Positions 1-9,971 of a stretch of DNA of 56,129 nt are shown here, piece by piece. This stretch comes from a virus, in the IMG/VR virus record IMGVR_UViG_3300025892_000002; one strand, written 5' to 3'. Positions within the stretch are counted from its first letter, which is position 1. Every line of letters begins with the position of its first letter. Under the pieces are notes generated by a model. That model was not told the DNA's origin. It ran no database searches and saw only the letters and a program-made list of their open reading frames with translations. The translations under genes and the position numbers were made by a program.

Positions 1-127
1 AAGTTGATTCAGGAAACTTTTCTAATAAAAAATTAACAGCATTCTCTTGTGGGTCTTCTACTATTGTAGCACTTGCAGCAAAAGCTGTACCATAGAGTGC
101 TAAATTTTTAGCAACTGTAGCTATCCT
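1..127. repeat. Terminal duplication copy A, identical to 56003-56129; marks closure of a circular or terminally redundant 56,002-bp genome
   Basis: Direct read: the 127-nt string aagttgattcaggaaac...gcaactgtagctatcct both opens and closes the window, no mismatch seen. Confidence 0.95.
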
Positions 128-739
128 ACCATACTTACCTTTAATCTTTGTAGCATTAGTTAAAACTTTATTTGTTTTAATAGCTTGATTAATTTTTGCT
201 GCTCTAGCTGAAGAATTAATTAACTTAGCATTTCTTGTTACACCTCCAACAAGTCTTGCTCCTTTTATTATACCAGTAGCAGGTATAAAATATGAACCTA
301 TATTTCCAACCATCTCTTCAGCTTTACCATACACACCATCACCATGATAAGGATTAAAGATTTGATCAGAATATTCTTTAACAACTTCAGGAACATAATC
401 ACCTGCAGTATTTAAAAAACTGCCTACTTTAGCTTTAAACTCAGGAAAGAAATCTTCTGTAGTATCTGCAATACCTCTTCCTGCTTCACCAACTGCTCTA
501 CCTACTGTACGTATAATAGGATCAACAACAGGAATATTTGTTATTTGAGCTTGTTCATCTAACTCTTCTGGAGGAGTATCAGCATATTCTATGTATGCTT
601 CTTTAAACTCATTCTTATCAAAACCTTTAGCTGTTAGTATTTGATTATATTTTTCTTCATCCAATAACTTCTGAGCAGCAAGAGCATCTAATTCTTGAGC
701 TGTTTCACGAAAGTCTTGTGAGTTAATACTTATAGCCAT
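1..739 (-). CDS. N-terminal 246 codons of a 1247-codon junction-spanning virion protein gene (continues 56002->52998)
   Basis: ATG at 739-737 directly follows the stop (742-740) of the upstream gene. Frame stays open to base 1 and is in phase, via the 127-bp overlap, with ORF 52998..55928. Hand translation of 55929-56012 shows no stop. Confidence 0.8.
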   Translation of the reverse strand, partial: MAISINSQDFRETAQELDALAAQKLLDEEKYNQILTAKGFDKNEFKEAYIEYADTPPEELDEQAQITNIPVVDPIIRTVGRAVGEAGRGIADTTEDFFPEFKAKVGSFLNTAGDYVPEVVKEYSDQIFNPYHGDGVYGKAEEMVGNIGSYFIPATGIIKGARLVGGVTRNAKLINSSARAAKINQAIKTNKVLTNATKIKGKYGRIATVAKNLALYGTAFAASATIVEDPQENAVNFLLEKFPEST

Positions 740-2716
740 TTATTGTGTACCTAGTATTATATCTTTTGCATTACCTATAGTACTATTTGGTACTTTAACA
801 CCATCAACAATACCATCATTTATAGTTTTTTTAGCACCTTCAGAAACATCTAATACTTTTTCATCACCAGTAAATAAACTAACAATATTTGTTGTTACCA
901 TATTATCAAATGCTATTTGTGTATTAGCAAATGTTTTACCTGCAGCAGCATCTAGTTGTAATCTTTGCAGAGCATTATCTTGTGCCCATGTTAATATTTC
1001 ATTTTGAGTCCATATTCCTGGTTTATCTCCTCTTAAAGGATTATTAATATTAGGATTTAGACCTGATATAGCAGCTCCTTTAGTTAACAAAAGTGCAAAC
1101 TTTGGATTTGTTTGTGCTTCTACATTTTTTATAACTTCAGTAATTTTTCTACCAGTTATTTTATTTAAACCTAATGCATCTAAACCTGCAGCTTTAGCTG
1201 TCATATACTTTGCATATTCTCCTGATAGTGCTTGTAACTGAGCCATATAAGTATTAGCTAATTCTAAATTACCTGAAGCCATAGCTTGTCTATATTTAAT
1301 TTCTAATTTACCTACTTCTCTATCTTGCTGTCTTATGTTATCTCTTGATGCTGCTTCTGCTGCACCTATCTCAGGACCTGCTTTTCCTAACATAGTTAAT
1401 ACCTGTCCTACTCCACCTCCTGGTGCATTTGTTACATCTTGATCAGTACCTAATCTTGCCATAGCTGTAAAGGCAGCTTGCTCTCTATTAAATTGTGCAT
1501 TATCTCTATCTGCTTGTAAATAAGACTTGTCTCTTGCTAAATCTTTTTCCATAAGTTTGTTTGATTCTTGAAGATCTTTTTCAGACTGTTTAAATCTTTC
1601 AGTATAAGGTCCTTGGAAATTTCTTAAATAATTTAAATAAGCATCTGGTTCAATAGTTTCTGCTTCCTCTTCAGTAAATTTAGTAAGACCAAAGTTTGTT
1701 TCAAAAGTTTTATCTTCATTATTATTTGCTGGACCACCTTCTTCTCTCTTAATTAAAGTACCTATACCACCACCAGTTTTAGCAGGTTGTTGATAAGGTT
1801 GACCACCTATAGTTCTACCAGTAAAGGCTCCATAGATATTACCTAATCCACCTAAACCACCTACAAGCTGTTGACCTAAACTTTGTTCATATTGAGCTTT
1901 TTGTGGTGGAACATATTGCATAGGTCTAATAGGAGCACCTGTTACAACAGATTGATATTTAGACATAGTATCATAAGGAAATTGTTGCTCATCTAAATAT
2001 TGTTTATAAGCTTCATTTAAAGCAGTTTGTGTTTGTTGTTGTTTCTCTTGTCCTACTGCTTGTAAACCTGATAGTTCTGTTGTTGCTTGTTTAAATTGAC
2101 TACCTTGTAAATTAGCTAGTTGTGTAGCTGCTTGTCCTTTTACTAACCTATCTGAATCTAATCTACTAATAGCATCTTGATAAGCTTGTGCACTTCCTTT
2201 AGCTTGTAAATCAGCTAATAATCTTTGTTGTGTATCTGCAGCCATACCTTCTAGTATAGCTTGTCTACTACCACCAAATGATCCTGTAGTTGCAGCTTGT
2301 GAAGCTAATTGTGGTACAACTTGTGATTGATATTGTTTAGTAGCTTCTCTTTTTTCTATGTCAGTAACTGCTTGTTGATAAGGAGACATATACTCTTCTA
2401 TTTGTTCTGTTGTAAAAGGAGTAGCTGCTTCTCTTGTCATACCCATAGCTTCTTGATATACTGGTGTTCCTGATCCTACAAGACCTGCTATACCAGTTTG
2501 TACTTGTTGTTGTTCAGGAGTAAACTCTGCAAGTGTAGGACCTTGATAAGGTTTATAACCTTGAGATGTTTTATCATTATAAAGTGCTTGAGATTTTGTT
2601 AATATATCTTTATAATAAGGTCTAAGTTCTGGAGGTAACTCTGTTGCAGAAATCATTTGTGCACCTACTGCTGGTGCTACTTCATTTCTACCAAATAGTG
2701 AGGATAATACTGCCAT
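740..2716 (-). CDS. Large internal virion/ejection-type protein, 658 aa
   Basis: Long ORF in the late operon, packed 3 nt from its neighbour. Gln/Ala-rich helical N-half; no enzymatic motif recognised; position among distal large proteins as in podovirus internal-protein blocks. Confidence 0.5.
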   Translation of the reverse strand: MAVLSSLFGRNEVAPAVGAQMISATELPPELRPYYKDILTKSQALYNDKTSQGYKPYQGPTLAEFTPEQQQVQTGIAGLVGSGTPVYQEAMGMTREAATPFTTEQIEEYMSPYQQAVTDIEKREATKQYQSQVVPQLASQAATTGSFGGSRQAILEGMAADTQQRLLADLQAKGSAQAYQDAISRLDSDRLVKGQAATQLANLQGSQFKQATTELSGLQAVGQEKQQQTQTALNEAYKQYLDEQQFPYDTMSKYQSVVTGAPIRPMQYVPPQKAQYEQSLGQQLVGGLGGLGNIYGAFTGRTIGGQPYQQPAKTGGGIGTLIKREEGGPANNNEDKTFETNFGLTKFTEEEAETIEPDAYLNYLRNFQGPYTERFKQSEKDLQESNKLMEKDLARDKSYLQADRDNAQFNREQAAFTAMARLGTDQDVTNAPGGGVGQVLTMLGKAGPEIGAAEAASRDNIRQQDREVGKLEIKYRQAMASGNLELANTYMAQLQALSGEYAKYMTAKAAGLDALGLNKITGRKITEVIKNVEAQTNPKFALLLTKGAAISGLNPNINNPLRGDKPGIWTQNEILTWAQDNALQRLQLDAAAGKTFANTQIAFDNMVTTNIVSLFTGDEKVLDVSEGAKKTINDGIVDGVKVPNSTIGNAKDIILGTQ

Positions 2717-2719
2717 ATT

Positions 2720-4924
2720 TTATACTCCCATCATCATAGGTTTTAAAGCTTGTAACCCATTTATTTCATTAGGTTGTCTCATTGTACCATAAGCTTTTTT
2801 ACGTACACTTTCTACAACACCATCCATTACTTTTGCTCCTTCATTTGCATTACCATTTCCTAGAGCAGACATAGTATAAGCATCTACTACATATTCAGAA
2901 GGAGAAACTGCTAATGTTCCTACTTGTTCATTACCTTCTTTAATAGGCATATAAACATTATCTTCCATACCATGTCCATCACCTTCTACCATACCACTAA
3001 ATTCACCACCATGTGCTAAGTTAATTAATCCACCATGTTTAGCTGTAGCTGGTGCATAGGATATTTTATCTGCTAATAAAGTTCTAGGTTTTCTACCATA
3101 AGCTCTATCTAATATATCTTGTATGGATAAGTTACTTGGCATAACTGTACCTGATGAATCTCTTATTATCATTGTTTGATTAAATCCTGTATCTGCATCA
3201 GATAGGTCTACACTATAACCTAATTTTTCTAACTCTTCTAGTTGACGCTTACGCTCATCTTCCTTTGCATATTGTTCTCTATAATCAGGTGTCATGGAAT
3301 CTATAGCAGCAAGTTTTGCAAGTCCCATACCTGTACTATAGTCATCAACTATTGCTCCACCTATTTCTCCTAGATTGTAATCACCCATTGGAATATCAGC
3401 TACATATTGTCCAGCATCTGATACTGCTTGACCAACAGGACTATCTACTATTTGTTGACCTGCTCTTTGTAACATATTAGGTTGAGGACCTGTAGTTTGG
3501 CTATATCCAGGATTAAAGTTTGATGCAACAGCATCTTGTGATTGTATTGGTAAATTAACTGGTTCAGAAGCTGGAGTAAAACTTCCTTCATAAGGTCCCA
3601 TGTTTGCTGTTGCTCCATAATCAAAAGGTCTAGGTTCAATAGTTGTTGTTCCTGGTGCTCCTCCAGAAGTTATATCTGGTTGATTTAATTGTAAGTTTTC
3701 ATATCTTTGTGCACCTAATGCATTACCAGGTCCAGCAGGATTATTGTATACTTGAGATGGAGAACCTTGTGCTAAACCTGGTGATTTAAATGAAGTTGGA
3801 CTTCCTGTTTTTACACCAAAACCTCCAAGTGTTTTAGCTTGTGTTCCACCACCACCATAAGTAGGACCAAATACAGAATCAATATTTGGGTCCATATAAT
3901 TAGTAAACCCTCTCATACCACCTGCAGTTACACCAGATAAAGCTGCTGCTTTTAATGCATCTCCAGGTTTAGCACCACCAGCTAGAGCTCCTAGTCCACT
4001 ACCTATAGCTGTTGCTGCACCAAAAGCTACTGGACCCATAGCAGCTACTTGAGCAGCTAGTCCTTTAGCCATAAGAGCAGAAGAGCCTACACCAAATGTA
4101 GCAGGAAAGAAACTAGCAGCTAGATAAGGTGCTGCAATAGTTAAAGCAAGAGGAGCTATTGTTCTAAAAGCTTTAGACTTAGCTATTTTTTTAACACTTT
4201 TAGCTGCTTGTTTAAATGGTTTAAAAAAACTTTTAAGTGACCAAGCTTCAGGCAATCCTGTAATAGGATTATAAGTTATTTTTCCTAGAGAAGATAATCC
4301 TTCTAACTCTTCAGGATTAATATGGAGAAGCATATTATCACCATATCTACCAAGACCTGCTAATCCTTGAGCCATTTGATCAGGAGCTACTTGTCCACCA
4401 CCTGCTCTTTCCTCTGGATTATTTCTATAATTATCTATTGCTCTTTGTACTGCTTCTGGATTAGCTCTATAAATATCTTGAGCTCTAAATCTAGATCTAG
4501 AATCACCTCCATATACTATAACTCTTGCAGCTTCATCTATATTTTCTAATGTATTAGGATCAGACTTTAATAAGTCTTGTTGTCTTAGTTGATCAGCTAT
4601 TAATTCTTTTTCTTTTAATTCTCCTATTTCCATTCCACTTTCACCAGACATATCATTCATAGGATCGTATTGATTAAAATTTCTTGCTCCTGTTGCATTA
4701 CGTTGAAAATAAGATGGAGTCATATTTGTATTTAATCCACTTGATATAGAGCTACCTTGTTGCCTTTGTACAATAGGTTGTTCAGTAACCTGTGGCATTT
4801 CCATTAATCCTTGGTTATTCATTTGTTGTAGATATTGCATAGCTCTTAACCTCTCTAGTCCTTTATTACTTTGTATTGCAGTTTTAAATTCTGCAAGTTT
4901 TTCTAATTCATTAGGTGGTGTCAT
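2720..4924 (-). CDS. Internal virion/ejection protein, 734 aa, with Gly/Ala-rich hydrophobic core
   Basis: Central ~110-aa hydrophobic Gly/Ala stretch (AFRTIAPLALTIAAPYLAASFF...GLGALAGG). C-terminal AKHGGLINLAHGGEFSGMVEGDGHGMEDNVYMPI...SPSEYVV motif, recalled from phage tape-measure/internal proteins. Confidence 0.5.
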   Translation of the reverse strand: MTPPNELEKLAEFKTAIQSNKGLERLRAMQYLQQMNNQGLMEMPQVTEQPIVQRQQGSSISSGLNTNMTPSYFQRNATGARNFNQYDPMNDMSGESGMEIGELKEKELIADQLRQQDLLKSDPNTLENIDEAARVIVYGGDSRSRFRAQDIYRANPEAVQRAIDNYRNNPEERAGGGQVAPDQMAQGLAGLGRYGDNMLLHINPEELEGLSSLGKITYNPITGLPEAWSLKSFFKPFKQAAKSVKKIAKSKAFRTIAPLALTIAAPYLAASFFPATFGVGSSALMAKGLAAQVAAMGPVAFGAATAIGSGLGALAGGAKPGDALKAAALSGVTAGGMRGFTNYMDPNIDSVFGPTYGGGGTQAKTLGGFGVKTGSPTSFKSPGLAQGSPSQVYNNPAGPGNALGAQRYENLQLNQPDITSGGAPGTTTIEPRPFDYGATANMGPYEGSFTPASEPVNLPIQSQDAVASNFNPGYSQTTGPQPNMLQRAGQQIVDSPVGQAVSDAGQYVADIPMGDYNLGEIGGAIVDDYSTGMGLAKLAAIDSMTPDYREQYAKEDERKRQLEELEKLGYSVDLSDADTGFNQTMIIRDSSGTVMPSNLSIQDILDRAYGRKPRTLLADKISYAPATAKHGGLINLAHGGEFSGMVEGDGHGMEDNVYMPIKEGNEQVGTLAVSPSEYVVDAYTMSALGNGNANEGAKVMDGVVESVRKKAYGTMRQPNEINGLQALKPMMMGV

Positions 4925-6039
4925 TATAGTGTTGCCTTAAAAATACCTTTTGGGTTTACAGGATTACCATCTTTATCTGCAGGAACCATATAAGGTTTAT
5001 TTCCCCCTGGTGGTATCATCATTCCTCCATAAAAAGGAGGTGTATATTCTACATAACCATATGGAGCATCTGGATCAACTGGTGTAGGATTTCGTTGTTC
5101 ATTTACTATTTTCATTAAGCTAGGTAGTCCTTGTGGTTGTGCTTGTACAGGTTGAAAAGCATTTACTCTATCTTCTGGTCTTGTATGTAATTGTGAATCA
5201 GGACCTTGATAATATGTTTGAAAAAAATCTGCATTTTCAGGACTTAATATTATAGGCATTCCTGAATAACTACCTTTTCTAGTTTCTACTCTTTCATCAT
5301 AAGGAGTATCAAAATAAGCATCATATGTAGAATTTAATGGTTTGTATCCTTCTGGTAAAGTTTGTTCAAATTCTTCTTTGGTTAAAGGTTGTTCTCTATA
5401 AACATCTTCATATATTTCTCTAGCAGTCTTTGTATTATCTGTACCAAAACTTCCTTCATAGTTAGCTTTTACGTCTTCTATAGCCATATCAAGAGCTTCT
5501 TTAGGTGGCATAGGTGATGGTACACCAAATCTATTAGGTGCTGTATTATATATTAAAGAACCTAATTCTTTTATTCCTCCTCCTAAATTAGGTACAATAT
5601 CTCCAAGAAAATCTCTAAACTTTTCTGGTACTAAACCAAGACTACCTTTATCAATAAGATTACTTACATTTTTACTTATTTCATTAGCACCAGCTTGATG
5701 TCTTGCATCAGAAGGTTTTCCAGTATAACCTGGTCCATATTCTGATTCTAATTGAGCAATCTCAGGTGCATTTATAGCTTGTTGTCCAAGTTTTGCCATT
5801 GGATTATTTTGTATTAAAGGAATTAAATTACTAATACCTTTTTTAACTATTTGTGGTATTGTAGCTCTAGGTCTCTGTGGTACTATAGGAACAGGTCTAG
5901 GCATTACTTTTGCTGCTACTTCTCCTTGGTTACGTCTATTATAATCTTGTACATAGTTATCTATATACTGTCTCATAAAAGCTTCAGAACCTAAATCAGA
6001 TAAGCCACCACCCTCTTGTCTATAAACCCTTCTATACAT
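4924..6039 (-). CDS. Virion-module protein, 371 aa, Pro-rich, function unknown
   Basis: ORF overlaps the next gene by 1 nt (start 4924 region); late-operon context. Confidence 0.45.
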   Translation of the reverse strand: MYRRVYRQEGGGLSDLGSEAFMRQYIDNYVQDYNRRNQGEVAAKVMPRPVPIVPQRPRATIPQIVKKGISNLIPLIQNNPMAKLGQQAINAPEIAQLESEYGPGYTGKPSDARHQAGANEISKNVSNLIDKGSLGLVPEKFRDFLGDIVPNLGGGIKELGSLIYNTAPNRFGVPSPMPPKEALDMAIEDVKANYEGSFGTDNTKTAREIYEDVYREQPLTKEEFEQTLPEGYKPLNSTYDAYFDTPYDERVETRKGSYSGMPIILSPENADFFQTYYQGPDSQLHTRPEDRVNAFQPVQAQPQGLPSLMKIVNEQRNPTPVDPDAPYGYVEYTPPFYGGMMIPPGGNKPYMVPADKDGNPVNPKGIFKATL

Positions 6040-6271
6040 TATTTTTAATATTCCTTATATTCATATAGTTTGATTGTGGTTTAGTATTATCTGCTATAAA
6101 GTTACTATTAGTATTATACACTATTTTTGAAGAGTCTGCTATAGGTTTTACAATTTCTTGTGAATTATACATGTTAGGTGGTATAATTTGTCCTGAGTTT
6201 ATATTACCTATATACGTACTCTCATTAAGAAACTTAAAAAATTCATTCTTCTTCAATTTAAATTTTCCCAT
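6032..6271 (-). CDS. Hypothetical small late protein, 79 aa
   Basis: Fills the only space between two late genes, with short overlaps typical of translational coupling. Confidence 0.4.
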   Translation of the reverse strand: MGKFKLKKNEFFKFLNESTYIGNINSGQIIPPNMYNSQEIVKPIADSSKIVYNTNSNFIADNTKPQSNYMNIRNIKNNV

Positions 6272-6540
6272 GCTTGTGTTGCTGTTGTACTAACATATCC
6301 TTTAAACTTACCTGCTGATGCTGCATATGCTATATCACCTTTACGTGGACTACCTATTTCAGTTATAGTAACTACTGAATATATTTTAGTAGAAGGTTTA
6401 GCATCTACTTGTAAATCTCTAGTATCTAATTGATTTACTAAAGCTCCACCCCATTGTGATATTTCTCTATGTACTCTATCAGCTTCAGGACTATTTTTAA
6501 AAGCATCATATGCTTTAGGTACTGCTGGATAACGTGCCAT
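6253..6540 (-). CDS. Hypothetical small late protein, 95 aa
   Basis: ORF abuts the upstream gene (shared base 6540). Confidence 0.5.
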   Translation of the reverse strand: MARYPAVPKAYDAFKNSPEADRVHREISQWGGALVNQLDTRDLQVDAKPSTKIYSVVTITEIGSPRKGDIAYAASAGKFKGYVSTTATQAWENLN

Positions 6541-8417
6541 TATCTTCTACCATCTGGTTGAATAGCTAATCTAATAGAACCCCATTTCCAGCTAGTACCT
6601 GCTGAGTTACAAGATACTCTCACTCTCCCTTGTCTTCCCCTTGCTCTCATATCTATTTTAGCTGTTGAATTAGTTACTGTATGTGGTGGATTTGGTTTCT
6701 CTCTTGAAACATTACTCTCAGGAAAGTCTTTTGTTTTAATTGAGAATGTTAAATTACCATCATTTAAATTAAAATCAGGAATAACTCTATTTAAAAACAT
6801 TACTTCATTACCAGACTCTATATCAAAATCTGCTGACTCTATAAATGAAGACATAGCTACTCCATCTGCTGTATATAAATCTTGTACTTCATTATTAAAT
6901 AACTTATTAGCTGCAGGATTTGTTCCTTGTAATCCTGTAGTTATTGTATTTCCAAATACTGTTTTGTCTGCAAAGGTTGTAAATATACTATCTCCATAAG
7001 CCCAATAGTTTTCATCAGGAGACCATACAACATAACTATCACATTCAGTAGAATTAATAGAAGGATATAACCAAATAACTTCTTTAAACTCTGAATTTAT
7101 TCCACAAAATATTTTATCTTTTTGATTCATATTTAATCTATCAAATATAAATCTTCTTACTGTACAATCTAAACTTCTTACTTGTCCATCATATACATAA
7201 AAATTATCATAACCCATCCATACTGCTCTACCATCATAATCAACTGCTGCATGAGGTGCTATTAAACCACAGTTAGTTCCTAGTTGTGAAAAACTAAAAG
7301 TAAAAGGTGGACCTACAAAAGTCATGGACCATAAAGAATTATCAGTCCATATATTAGTAGCATTACGAGATCTTGTTCCTCCTACTATTTGTGTACCATC
7401 AGCTAGTATAACTTCACCAGAAGTAGAGTTTATAGATGGAACCCAGTTAGTATAATCTTCTTGATTAGACCATCTAACAGTTAAAGGATTGTATGTTCCT
7501 GTAGGACTAGCTGTTGTACCAAACTCATTACCACCTAATGCAATTAAATGTCTATCATTAGGAGATACTATAATACTATCAACAGTAGTAGGTGTAGAAT
7601 TAGTAGCACCTGATACTTTAACAGCTCTTAAAGGTGTAGTAGATGCATCTGTATCCCAATAATAAATAGATCCTTTTCTTCTATTAGCTACTATATCTTC
7701 ACCCCAGTTATCTAAACTCCATTGTGTTATCTCACTTGAGAAGTCACTAGCTCCTATAGATGTAGGTTGATTCCATGCTCTAGTATCAGAAGCACATACA
7801 GTAGCTTGATAAGATGCAGCACCATAACCTAAACCTGTAGCAGCATTTGATACACCAGTACTTAATAGATAATGTATATGACCATTACCAGAAGAAGACT
7901 GTGCAGCACTTGCTGTAGTTTCTACATTAATAGCAAATGTATTAACAGTATTAACACTAACTTGATAAGTACTTGTTCCTAATAATATATTACCACCTAT
8001 AGTAGCAGTACTTGTAAAGAATACAAAGTCACCTGTTTGTCTACCATGTGCTGTAGCTGATACTGTTACAGTATTACTACTTACTGCTACACTAAAAGCA
8101 TTTGTTAAAGATGCACTAGAAGATACAGGAGTAACATCAAATATTTCATCACCACTATGTTCGTAAAGCATTTGAGCTGTACCAAACATAGCTCTTTTAA
8201 ACTGATCATTGTCTGTCCATGTTACAAGATCACGACCTGAACCATTAAAAGATGCAGATACTTTAGTTTCATATCCACCTATATTCTCTGGTTTACCTGC
8301 ACGAAAACGTACATTATTAGCATCATACCAAGAATTAGTTTCTGCATATTGTGTAGACTCTCTTCTAATACCAGGTTGAAAGTCTAGCTTTACTAATTTA
8401 GAACTTGTAGAAGACAT
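6540..8417 (-). CDS. Large beta-rich tail protein, 625 aa (tail tube/nozzle candidate)
   Basis: Ser/Thr/Gly/Trp-rich, no long helices; sits between fibre genes and internal proteins. Confidence 0.4.
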   Translation of the reverse strand: MSSTSSKLVKLDFQPGIRRESTQYAETNSWYDANNVRFRAGKPENIGGYETKVSASFNGSGRDLVTWTDNDQFKRAMFGTAQMLYEHSGDEIFDVTPVSSSASLTNAFSVAVSSNTVTVSATAHGRQTGDFVFFTSTATIGGNILLGTSTYQVSVNTVNTFAINVETTASAAQSSSGNGHIHYLLSTGVSNAATGLGYGAASYQATVCASDTRAWNQPTSIGASDFSSEITQWSLDNWGEDIVANRRKGSIYYWDTDASTTPLRAVKVSGATNSTPTTVDSIIVSPNDRHLIALGGNEFGTTASPTGTYNPLTVRWSNQEDYTNWVPSINSTSGEVILADGTQIVGGTRSRNATNIWTDNSLWSMTFVGPPFTFSFSQLGTNCGLIAPHAAVDYDGRAVWMGYDNFYVYDGQVRSLDCTVRRFIFDRLNMNQKDKIFCGINSEFKEVIWLYPSINSTECDSYVVWSPDENYWAYGDSIFTTFADKTVFGNTITTGLQGTNPAANKLFNNEVQDLYTADGVAMSSFIESADFDIESGNEVMFLNRVIPDFNLNDGNLTFSIKTKDFPESNVSREKPNPPHTVTNSTAKIDMRARGRQGRVRVSCNSAGTSWKWGSIRLAIQPDGRR

Positions 8418-8420
8418 TAA

Positions 8421-9341
8421 TTACCTATCAAAGTTTTTTAATAATACTGCATCTATTGTTGTTGCACTACGAGCTACATAACATAGTATATCTACATCAG
8501 AAGCTCCTGTACTTAATGTTGGTACTGCTGCAGATACAAACTGCCAAGCTGAATTATAAGCTAAAGTTCTTGAGCCTGTTCCATCTTGTATAACATGTAC
8601 TTGTCCTGATTGACCTGCAGTACAATTAGTAGGTAGTTCTAATGTTCTATTACCACCTATAGTAACTAAGAAGTTATTACCTTTAGAAAAATCAACTGCT
8701 ATACTTGCTGCATCTGTTAATGTTAATATAGGATTATAAGCACGAGAAGATGTACCTACAATTAAACTTCCTTGTTTTATATGTAAGTCAGCACCTACTA
8801 TTGAAGAGGTAGCTGAAGTTCTTACATATCTTAAATCTGCTAAAGATACATCAGCAACATTAGTAGCACATACTCCTATGTCTGCTGAAGCTGCTGTACC
8901 TAATCCTAAACCTACTGCATTAGTAGAGTATACACTTCCATCTGTGTCTACTATAACTTGTGTTATAGCTCCTTGTGGAATTGTAAGTCCATCACCAGGT
9001 GCTGTTTTTATTTTAATTACATTAGTTGTTGTTGTATATGCTGCTTGATTATTAATTACATATCCTTTTGTAACATTAGGAATAACCATTGTTATAGTAG
9101 TATGAGCACCACCTACAGTACCATTAGCTTCAATAAAAGCATTACGTGGTATATCAGAACCTCCATCTACTGCAGATAATGTTACAGTAGCATTAGCTCC
9201 TAACGCTACAGTTGTATAACCTGCAATAGCATCATCAACAAGACTAATAACTCCATTGTTTAAAACTGTTCCCCAAGAATTAGGATTGTCTCCATCTCCT
9301 TGTTTATTAAGTCTTATTCTAGTTGTAAAGGTTGATGCCAT
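8421..9341 (-). CDS. Tail fibre/spike-like protein, 306 aa
   Basis: Thr/Gly/Ala-rich beta-type sequence. The last ~93 aa (8421-8704) align without large gaps to the C-terminus of the 798-aa fibre (LELPTNCTAGQSGQ vs LAKPTNCVTGQTGS). Confidence 0.55.
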   Translation of the reverse strand: MASTFTTRIRLNKQGDGDNPNSWGTVLNNGVISLVDDAIAGYTTVALGANATVTLSAVDGGSDIPRNAFIEANGTVGGAHTTITMVIPNVTKGYVINNQAAYTTTTNVIKIKTAPGDGLTIPQGAITQVIVDTDGSVYSTNAVGLGLGTAASADIGVCATNVADVSLADLRYVRTSATSSIVGADLHIKQGSLIVGTSSRAYNPILTLTDAASIAVDFSKGNNFLVTIGGNRTLELPTNCTAGQSGQVHVIQDGTGSRTLAYNSAWQFVSAAVPTLSTGASDVDILCYVARSATTIDAVLLKNFDR

Positions 9342-9344
9342 TAT

Positions 9345-9962
9345 TTACTCCTCTGTCCACGATTGTGTAATTGCTATTTGATCTACTGTATTATCTTCAT
9401 TATATGTTGTTGTATGTAATGCTATAAATTCATCCATAGTTGTTGCTGCTGTAATTGCATTCTCTATTCGTGTTGCATCAGCACGTATTGCATTTCTAAA
9501 AGTTTGTATAGCAGTTGGTATAGCTGTACCTGCATCTGCTTTACGTATTATATACCAATCTGTTCTTGATAAAAATCCTGCTTGTTGTGATTTAACTTTT
9601 TGTATAGCATTATATTTTAAACCTCTTGTAACCATTTGTACACCATACTGATCTAATACTGCATTACCATCTTCATCTACTGCATCAACATCTTCTAATG
9701 CTCTATCAGCAGCCTTAACTCCAATAGTTCTTATAACACTATTACCATCTCCTGCTATTGCATCTGAATGATTATGTTCTATATAATATTTAGTATCAAG
9801 ATGTGATCCTGAAATTACTACAGGTACTATACCTAATTCTTTACGTTGTGCGTCTGTCCATATAGTAAATATTTGAGAAGAATAACGTACATCATTTAAT
9901 AATAAAGATTGTTTTCTATCATAGTATTCTACTATATTATTATCTTCTATTCGTGCCCACAT
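9345..9962 (-). CDS. Tail-fibre assembly/chaperone-like protein, 205 aa
   Basis: Sits between two fibre genes. C-terminal segment LSRTDWYIIRKADAGTAIPTAIQTFRNAIR resembles the TDW..R....G..IP...YR motif I recall from fibre-assembly-associated domains. Confidence 0.35.
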   Translation of the reverse strand: MWARIEDNNIVEYYDRKQSLLLNDVRYSSQIFTIWTDAQRKELGIVPVVISGSHLDTKYYIEHNHSDAIAGDGNSVIRTIGVKAADRALEDVDAVDEDGNAVLDQYGVQMVTRGLKYNAIQKVKSQQAGFLSRTDWYIIRKADAGTAIPTAIQTFRNAIRADATRIENAITAATTMDEFIALHTTTYNEDNTVDQIAITQSWTEE

Positions 9963-9971
9963 ATTTTATTC

